Positions 9,437 through 16,717 of a stretch of DNA of 64,000 nt are shown one piece after another. Position 1 is the stretch's first letter. Each line of letters starts with the position of its first letter. Location of the stretch: positions 5,005 to 69,004 of the forward strand of contig CAMCBZ010000009.1 of assembly GCA_945873145.1 (NCBI GenBank), read 5' to 3'. The position numbers were made by a program, and so were the translations under genes. The notes under the pieces are model-generated. The model saw only the letters and a program-made list of their open reading frames with translations. It was not told where the DNA came from and did no database searches. This DNA is from an uncultured Prevotella sp. Its GTDB lineage: Bacteria; Bacteroidota; Bacteroidia; Bacteroidales; Bacteroidaceae.

Positions 9437-10563
9437 ATGGAGAAGCTAAGCAACCCTTTTCTCGTCTACGGCTATGAGAGTCCGGAGTATTTCTGCGACC
9501 GCGAGGCAGAGACCACGCAACTGATCTCTGACATGAACAATGGATGGAACATCACGCTTTTCTCGCCCCGTCGCATGGGGAAGACCGGGCATTCATCAAG
9601 AATGCTTTTTATCGACTTCAACACGAGGCGAAGGACACGGTGTGCGTCTACGTCGACATCTTTGGCACCAACGACTTATCTGACTTCGTGCAAGCGTTCG
9701 GCACTGCCCTTCTCAAAGCCCTGCTCTCCAAAGGCGAGAAGGCTTTGCGCCGTGCCATGCAGTTCTTCGCTGCATGGCGGCCTGTGGTGAGCATGGACCC
9801 GATGACGGGCGAGCCTTCGGTGTCGGTGACACTGGAGTCGAGGGATAGCACGGTGGACCTCAAGCAGATCTTCGATCTCATGAAAGACTCCGGCAAGCAG
9901 ATTTATGTGGCTATTGACGAGTTTCAGCAGATCATGTCCTATCCGGAGAAAGGTGTGGAGGCCCAGCTGCGCTCCTACATACAGTTTTTGCACAATGCGC
10001 ATTTCATCTTTTCGGGCAGCAAACGCCACTTCATGGCCGACATCTTCCTTTCGCCTAACCGACCCTTCTTCCAAAGCACGCGTCTGATGGAACTGCAAGC
10101 TATTGATGAGGCTCCTTATTACACGTTTGCCAGTCACTTCTTCCGGCAGCAAGGGCATCAGCTCGATAAGGATGTCTTTCACTATTTCTACAACATGCTG
10201 GAGGGGCACACGTGGTACGTGCAGAGTGTGCTCAAGCAACTCTATGCCGACGGTGAGGATGTCGTGACCGAACACCAGGCTGATGAGGCCATCAGACAAC
10301 TGGTGCAGGACAACAATGCCTATTACGAGACGATCTTTTCGTTGCTGCCCGAGAAACAGCAAAAGCTGCTCGACGCCATTGCCCATGAGGGATATGTCTC
10401 AGCGCCAAACAGCGGACTGTTCATCGCTCGCTATCGGTTGACAAGTGCCAGCAGCGTGAGCAGTTCACTGAAGAGCCTGACCGATAAGGAACTGGTGTAT
10501 AAGTCTCCTGCCGGCTACCAAGTCTATGACCGCTTCTTTGGGTTGTGGCTGTCCCGGCGATGA
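9437..10563 (+). pseudogene. Frameshifted P-loop ATPase (archaeal-ATPase/AAA-like, probable C-terminal winged helix)
   Basis: Frame 1 gives NPF..YG..FCDRE and SPRRMGKTG; frame 2 continues IKNAFY, IAIDEFQ, FSGS. Five nt (9590-9594) lie between the two frames. Confidence 0.8.
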
Positions 10564-10583
10564 GCAGGGAGGCTACTGGTCCT

Positions 10584-12248
10584 TTTTCAGGCTTATTCCT
10601 TTGTGTTCTGCGGAATATTTCCTATATTTGCAATCGGTAATAACAGCAGTAGAAGATGAACTATCCAATAGGCATACAAGACTTCGCAAGTATCATCAAT
10701 GATGGTTTTGTTTATATAGACAAGACCAACATGGTTTATGAATTGACCAAAGACAAAGGCGTCTATTTCCTCAGTCGCCCCAGGCGCTTTGGCAAGTCGC
10801 TGTTGGTGTCTACTATCAAATACTATTTTGAGGGTCGCCATGACTTGTTCAAGGGCTTGAAGATAGAGAGCTTAGAGACGAAATGGGAGACTTATCCCGT
10901 CTTCGAGATTGACTTCAATGGTTCCAACTACACGGAGGCGGATGCACTGGAGCAGACACTCAATGGCTATTTGGTCAAGTGGGAACAGCAATATGGCGTG
11001 AAGCCTGCTACCGACCAGCCCGGCCGGCGCCTGGCCGACGTGCTGCATCAAGCTCATGTACAGACGGGTAAGACCTGCGTGGTGCTCGTTGACGAATACG
11101 ACAAGCCCATGCTCGACGCGATGGACACGGGATTGAAAACCCGTGTCGGTGACAACGAGATGCTCATTGAGGATCATAACCGTGAGACGCTCAAGGCGTT
11201 CTATTCCGTCTTCAAGCTTGCCGACGCCGACCTGCGCTTTGTGTTCCTCACGGGTGTTACCAAGTTTGCCCAGGTGAGCGTGTTCTCGGGATTTAACAAT
11301 GCACAAGACATCAGCATGTCTCCTCGCTTTGATGCCATTTGTGGCATCACCACAGAAGAGTTGAACTCCATCTTTGCGCCAGCCATCGAAGAACTGGCCA
11401 ACGCAAATGCTGTTTCCGTTGCAGAGACGAAATCTCAACTTAAACAGCGATACGACGGGTATCACTTCAGTGAGGCTATGACAGACATCTATAATCCATT
11501 CTCCTTATTGAACACTTTCAAATTTGAAAAGGCAAAGGACTACTGGTTCGCTTCCGGCACGCCGAGCTATCTGATGCGACTGCTCGCCCACAGCAATGAG
11601 AATATCCAGGACATCATTGCCCGCAGCTATGAGGCTCAAGAGTTTGTGGACTACCGTGCTACAGTGGAGGCGCCCGTGCCGATGATCTATCAGAGTGGTT
11701 ATCTCACCATCAAGGGTTATAACCGTGAGGACGAGGAGTACAAGCTCGACTTTCCCAACCACGAGGTTGCTTCGGGCTTTCTTGCCATCCTTGCCTCGGG
11801 CTATTTCCATACGCCTACAGAACCTAACAGCTGGGCCAACAAACTGAAGAAAGCCCTGCACCATGGCAAGCCGGAGGACTTCCGCAATCTGTTGGACGAC
11901 TTCCTGGCGAGCATTCCGTATTCTGTGCGCGAGAGCAACAGCGAGAAGAGTCATGAGCGTCAGTTCCAGTACACAGTATATCTGATCATGCGTCTGATCG
12001 GCAGTTGCCGCAACACGGTCTACCACGAGAAGGCGACGTCGAAGGGCCGTGCCGACTGCGTGATAGAGACACCGCGCTATGTCTATATCTTTGAGTACAA
12101 GCTCGACCGCCCTGCCGCTGAGGCTATGGCGCAGATCTCTGACCGCGGCTATGCCGAGCCCTACGCCCACGACAGCCGCGCCGTCTACGCCATCGCCTGC
12201 TCGTTCTCGTCAGAGACCGGAACCATCAGCGACTGGATGGTGAAGCAA
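10584..12248 (+). repeat. 1665-bp direct repeat, copy 1 (promoter plus AAA/PD-(D/E)XK gene)
   Basis: Collinear with 12808-14472 at a constant 2224-bp offset. Confidence 0.95.
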
Positions 12249-12290
12249 ATTCATAACACACACGATTCAAGCATACACACATTAGCATAA
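10656..12290 (+). CDS. AAA-ATPase-like plus PD-(D/E)XK nuclease domain protein, copy 1
   Basis: YPIGIQDF, FLSRPRRFGKSL (Walker A), LVDEYDKP (Walker B), GRADCVIE..YIFEYK nuclease motif. Confidence 0.92.
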   Translation: MNYPIGIQDFASIINDGFVYIDKTNMVYELTKDKGVYFLSRPRRFGKSLLVSTIKYYFEGRHDLFKGLKIESLETKWETYPVFEIDFNGSNYTEADALEQTLNGYLVKWEQQYGVKPATDQPGRRLADVLHQAHVQTGKTCVVLVDEYDKPMLDAMDTGLKTRVGDNEMLIEDHNRETLKAFYSVFKLADADLRFVFLTGVTKFAQVSVFSGFNNAQDISMSPRFDAICGITTEELNSIFAPAIEELANANAVSVAETKSQLKQRYDGYHFSEAMTDIYNPFSLLNTFKFEKAKDYWFASGTPSYLMRLLAHSNENIQDIIARSYEAQEFVDYRATVEAPVPMIYQSGYLTIKGYNREDEEYKLDFPNHEVASGFLAILASGYFHTPTEPNSWANKLKKALHHGKPEDFRNLLDDFLASIPYSVRESNSEKSHERQFQYTVYLIMRLIGSCRNTVYHEKATSKGRADCVIETPRYVYIFEYKLDRPAAEAMAQISDRGYAEPYAHDSRAVYAIACSFSSETGTISDWMVKQIHNTHDSSIHTLA

Positions 12291-12729
12291 TGCCAAAGAG
12301 GATCCTTACCCCCAAACAGTCTTTGCTGAAAGGCTATATGACCTTGCTTGTCAGCAAGGAAGCTGTTTCTGTTTTTAAGGAAGAGATGCGTACGCTTGCC
12401 GACCGCATCAAAACCGAGGAAAGCGAGGAATATAACAAGAACCTCATCATGCAATCTTCGAGAAAATCAATGGTTACAAGGACGGGTCTTTCTTCACACC
12501 GGGCTACATCACTCAGCACATCTGTGACACGGTCATTCGGCAGGCCGTGGTGGAGCAGTTCAACCGGAAGAAAGGCTGGCACTGTCGTGATGTGGAAGAA
12601 ATAGCAGACCTGTTGGGACCGCTCAACCGGGAGACGCGCACGGAAGCCAACGATATTGTCAACTCTATCCGCATCTGCGACCCGGCCGTGGGTAGTGGGC
12701 ACTTTGTCGTCTCAGCCCTCAAATGGTAA
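12290..12729 (+). pseudogene. Collapsed remnant of a type IIG (Eco57I-like) restriction-modification gene
   Basis: N-terminal PKQSL..TEESEEYNKNLI is joined out of frame at about 12454 to IFEKINGYKDGSFFTPGYIT...RICDPAVGSGHFVVSAL (SAM-binding motif I), then truncated. Confidence 0.82.
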
Positions 12730-12807
12730 ATGAACTTTATAGAGAGGATTGAGTTAAGTATAAGTCTGCCCATCAGAGCTATCACTGACAGCCTTTGTAT
12801 GGCATTC

Positions 12808-14472
12808 TTTTCAGGCTTATTCCTTTGTGTTCTGCGGAATATTTCCTATATTTGCAATCGGTAATAACAGCAGTAGAAGATGAACTATCCAATAGGCATA
12901 CAAGACTTCGCAAGTATCATCAATGATGGTTTTGTTTATATAGACAAGACCAACATGGTTTATGAATTGACCAAAGACAAAGGCGTCTATTTCCTCAGTC
13001 GCCCCAGGCGCTTTGGCAAGTCGCTGTTGGTGTCTACTATCAAATACTATTTTGAGGGTCGCCATGACTTGTTCAAGGGCTTGAAGATAGAGAACTTGGA
13101 GACGAAATGGGAGACTTATCCCGTCTTCGAGATCGACTTCAATGGTTCCAACTACACTGAGGCGGATGCCCTGGAGCAGACGCTTAATGGCTATTTGGTC
13201 AAGTGGGAACAGCAATACGGCGTGAAGCCAGCTACCGACCAGCCCGGCCGGCGCCTGGCCGACGTGCTGCGTCAAGCTCATGTACAGACGGGCAAGACCT
13301 GCGTGGTGCTCGTTGATGAATACGACAAGCCTATGCTCGACGCGATGGACACGGGTTTGAAGACCCGTGTCGGTGACAACGAGGTGCTCATCGAGGATCA
13401 TAACCGTGAGACGCTCAAGGCTTTCTATTCCGTCTTCAAGCTTGCCGACGCCGACCTGCGCTTCGTGTTCCTTACGGGCGTCACCAAGTTTGCGCAGGTG
13501 AGCGTGTTCTCGGGATTCAACAATGCAAGAGATATAAGCATGAATCCTCGCTTTGATACTATCTGTGGTATCAGTAGGGAAGAGTTGAACAAAGTCTTTG
13601 CATCTTCTATAGAGGAATTGGCCAATACAAACATGCTTTCTGTTGAAGAAGCTAAGTCTCAACTGCAACAGCGATACGACGGGTATCACTTCAGTAATGG
13701 GATGACCGACATCTACAATCCCTTCTCGCTATTGAATGCCTTTGCAGATGACAATATTAGGGACTACTGGTTCGCTTCCGGCACGCCGAGCTATCTGATG
13801 CGACTGCTCGCCCACAGCAATGAGAATATCCAGGACATCATTGCCCGCAGCTATGAGGCTCAAGAGTTTGTGGACTACCGTGCTACAGTGGAGGCGCCCG
13901 TGCCGATGATCTATCAGAGTGGTTATCTCACCATCAAGGGTTATAACCGTGAGGACGAGGAGTACAAGCTCGACTTTCCCAACCACGAGGTTGCTTCGGG
14001 CTTTCTTGCCATCCTTGCCTCGGGCTATTTCCATACGCCTACAGAACCTAACAGCTGGGCCAACAAACTGAAGAAAGCCCTGCACCATGGCAAGCCGGAG
14101 GACTTCCGCAATCTGTTGGACGACTTCCTGGCGAGCATTCCGTATTCTGTGCGCGAGAGCAACAGCGAGAAGAGTCATGAGCGTCAGTTCCAGTACACAG
14201 TATATCTGATCATGCGTCTGATCGGCAGTTGCCGCAACACGGTCTACCACGAGAAGGCGACGTCGAAGGGCCGTGCCGACTGCGTGATAGAGACACCGCG
14301 CTATGTCTATATCTTTGAGTACAAGCTCGACCGCCCTGCCGCTGAGGCTATGGCGCAGATCTCTGACCGCGGCTATGCCGAGCCCTACGCCCACGACAGC
14401 CGCGCCGTCTACGCCATCGCCTGCTCGTTCTCGTCAGAGACCGGAACCATCAGCGACTGGATGGTGAAGCAA
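12808..14472 (+). repeat. 1665-bp direct repeat, copy 2
   Basis: Same boundaries as copy 1 (TTTTCAGG ... TGAAGCAA). Confidence 0.95.
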
Positions 14473-14499
14473 TTGGTTGGGACAACGAAGGAGGAATGA
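12880..14499 (+). CDS. AAA-ATPase-like plus PD-(D/E)XK nuclease domain protein, copy 2
   Basis: Same motifs as copy 1; divergent central patch and different C-terminal tail. Confidence 0.92.
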   Translation: MNYPIGIQDFASIINDGFVYIDKTNMVYELTKDKGVYFLSRPRRFGKSLLVSTIKYYFEGRHDLFKGLKIENLETKWETYPVFEIDFNGSNYTEADALEQTLNGYLVKWEQQYGVKPATDQPGRRLADVLRQAHVQTGKTCVVLVDEYDKPMLDAMDTGLKTRVGDNEVLIEDHNRETLKAFYSVFKLADADLRFVFLTGVTKFAQVSVFSGFNNARDISMNPRFDTICGISREELNKVFASSIEELANTNMLSVEEAKSQLQQRYDGYHFSNGMTDIYNPFSLLNAFADDNIRDYWFASGTPSYLMRLLAHSNENIQDIIARSYEAQEFVDYRATVEAPVPMIYQSGYLTIKGYNREDEEYKLDFPNHEVASGFLAILASGYFHTPTEPNSWANKLKKALHHGKPEDFRNLLDDFLASIPYSVRESNSEKSHERQFQYTVYLIMRLIGSCRNTVYHEKATSKGRADCVIETPRYVYIFEYKLDRPAAEAMAQISDRGYAEPYAHDSRAVYAIACSFSSETGTISDWMVKQLVGTTKEE

Positions 14500-14557
14500 C
14501 TCAGCTGTTTGCATAAGAGACTTTAGAATTGATAGTTTGCAAAACAAATAGAGGAAA

Positions 14558-14782
14558 ATGGTATACAGCAACAAAGATAAACTGGATTGGACAATGGTCT
14601 TTATCTATGAGTTCGGCAAACGGTTCGGACTCACGGTGAAACAGGCATTCAACTATTTGAGCCGGTTCAAGGGCATTGAATTCATTGACAAACATTACGA
14701 CTATGCTCACACACAGTCGTTTGAGTCGATGATTGACGACATTGCCACGCTGTGCAGAAGAATGGGAGGAGAGCTGGGATGA
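14558..14782 (+). CDS. DUF3791-like small protein (putative antitoxin)
   Basis: 74 aa, FIYEFGKRFGL...AFNYL..FKGIEFI..HYD..HT pattern; ATGA overlap with the next gene. Confidence 0.7.
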   Translation: MVYSNKDKLDWTMVFIYEFGKRFGLTVKQAFNYLSRFKGIEFIDKHYDYAHTQSFESMIDDIATLCRRMGGELG

Positions 14783-15255
14783 AGTTATATCACGGAACCA
14801 ATATGAACTTTGATCGCATCGACTTGAAGAAGTCGAAGCCGGGCAAGGACTTCGGACAAGGTTTCTATCTTTCCGATGATCTTGAGTAAGCACAAGCTCT
14901 TGCGCAGGCTCGTGTTGATATTGCCGGTGGTGTACCGACAGTTCTTACCTACGAGTTTGATGCCGACTTGATGACTTCTGGCGAGTTGAAGGTACTGACC
15001 TTTGATGACTATACGGAGGAATGGGCAGAGTTTATCCTTACTAACCGCAACAACAGGACAGATAATCCCGTCCACGACTACGATATAGTAAAAGGACCTA
15101 TTGCGAATGATAGAGTTGGCCTACAGTTGTGGAAATTCAATAACCACGATATTGACATGGCAACACTGATAAAACGATTGAAGTTTATGAAAGGCATTAC
15201 CATCCAATATTATTTTGGTACACAGAAGGCAATCGATCATCTTGTGAGACTATGA
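14779..15255 (+). pseudogene. DUF3990-like protein (ADP-ribosyltransferase-like fold) with an in-frame TAA at 14887-14889
   Basis: MKLYHGTN...KDFGQGFYLS..LE*AQALA continues in frame to EWAEFILTNR, YDIVKGPIAND, QYYFGT. Confidence 0.82.
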
Positions 15256-15473
15256 GTGAGATAGATGAAATGAAAAATAGCATGGTAGCAGAACTGGCAA
15301 CGATGCTGATGGAGAAGGACAAGAAATTGAACTTGGATCAGGCTTTGTCGTTGGTGATTAATTCCGACACTTACCAAAAGTTGTTGGATGATCGCACACG
15401 CCTTTATTTCCAAAGTCCCAGATATGTGTACTCTTTCTTAGAGCATGAGCTAAAGACGGGACAAGTGGGATAG
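15252..15473 (+). CDS. Small helical protein, DUF3791-like second partner
   Basis: 73 aa, SDTYQKL..LYFQSPRYVY motif; ATGA overlap with the DUF3990-like gene. Confidence 0.65.
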   Translation: MSEIDEMKNSMVAELATMLMEKDKKLNLDQALSLVINSDTYQKLLDDRTRLYFQSPRYVYSFLEHELKTGQVG

Positions 15474-15842
15474 TGTTTATAAAACCATTCATGTCCAGAA
15501 GGTTCTCTATAGCTTCCGTCCCGTTATGCCAATACCGAGTGTCGCGGGAAGACTTTTTTATGTGCCTTTAATCAGATATCTTGCGAAGCCCTTACGAAGC
15601 GTTGCGGGAAAAAGGATGGTTCCCTGGCCAGCTGCCGAATTTCCCTATGGAGGATTTGAATAAACTGCTTTAAAAGTCACTATGCATTTATAAATAAGGT
15701 CTGGTAGTTAAACGGAAATATTTTAAGTATTGCAATTAGTATTCTCAACGGTAAAGTTAATGATTCAAGTTAGAATTATGCATTTAATGTTGCAGTTATA
15801 GAATATTATTGCTAAATTTGCGATGAATAAAGTGAAAGTAAT

Positions 15843-16094
15843 ATGGGAACTGTATCAATGAATAACTTATGGAGTTTTATCCAGGGACTGTCGCTGACCG
15901 CCAGTGACAGAAGATGGCTAGCCTCGAAATTGCTTGAGCCTTCTGGTTCAGACATGATACCATCAAATGATACCGCCACCGATATTGGAGGGTATATCAT
16001 TTCGCCGAAAAGAAGGAAATTGATGGGATGTGTGACCATTGACCCAAAGGACATAGAATCAGACGAAAGGCTTAAATATATCTTGAGTAAATGA
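15843..16094 (+). CDS. Putative antitoxin (83 aa) upstream of PIN toxin
   Basis: TAAATTTG promoter box at 15813-15820; ATGA overlap with the PIN gene. Confidence 0.6.
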   Translation: MGTVSMNNLWSFIQGLSLTASDRRWLASKLLEPSGSDMIPSNDTATDIGGYIISPKRRKLMGCVTIDPKDIESDERLKYILSK

Positions 16095-16540
16095 AGAGGG
16101 TGTTTCTTGATACAAATGTCATCCTTGATTCAGTGTTGGCACGTGATAATTATCTAAGTGCTACTGCTATTCTCACGGCAGGTGACTATAAAGCCATTGA
16201 CTGCTATGTTTCGTTTTTGACAGTAGCTAATGCTGCCTATACCTTAAAGAAAGGGAGAACAACCAAGGAGATGCGCAATCTGCTGAAGGATACATTCGAT
16301 GACATAACTGTTTTGCCGATGAATAATGACCAACTAAGGTTGGCTTACGAGATTGATGCCTCTGATTTCGAGGATGTACTGCAATATGAATGTGCTAAAG
16401 CTGCGCAATGTGATGTAATTGTTACTAGTAATACAAAGCATTTCAAGTTTATAGATGATATTGATGTGGTTTCAACTATAGACTTTGCAGAACAGTTCAA
16501 AACAAGAAAATCAGAGGACAATAAGAACGGATGGTCATAA
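16091..16540 (+). CDS. PIN-domain ribonuclease (VapC-like toxin)
   Basis: VFLDTNVILD, DFED.LQ..CA, IVTSN.KHF PIN motifs. Confidence 0.88.
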   Translation: MKRVFLDTNVILDSVLARDNYLSATAILTAGDYKAIDCYVSFLTVANAAYTLKKGRTTKEMRNLLKDTFDDITVLPMNNDQLRLAYEIDASDFEDVLQYECAKAAQCDVIVTSNTKHFKFIDDIDVVSTIDFAEQFKTRKSEDNKNGWS

Positions 16541-16610
16541 GTAAAAGATGTGAAGAATGAAAGGGAATGATTAAATACATATTTCTGACTAATTGGAAGA
16601 CCAAAAACGC

Positions 16611-16648
16611 GCAAGCCCCCATTGGACACCGGTCCAATGGGGGCTTGC
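16611..16648. terminator. Strong hairpin between convergent PIN and M16 genes (probable bidirectional terminator)
   Basis: Perfect 17-bp stem GCAAGCCCCCATTGGAC / GTCCAATGGGGGCTTGC, 4-nt loop. Confidence 0.8.
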
Positions 16649-16717
16649 TATTGATAAGAAGATTGTCAAGCCACCATCATGAGATGATGGCTTGTTGCAA
16701 TCAACAATTGATGTGCT

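Noticed and set aside
15572-15673. Protein-like stretch SDILRSPYEALREKGWFPGQLPNFPMEDLNKLL*
   Set aside because: No start codon and no recognisable family; it may be a gene remnant but needs TBLASTN support.
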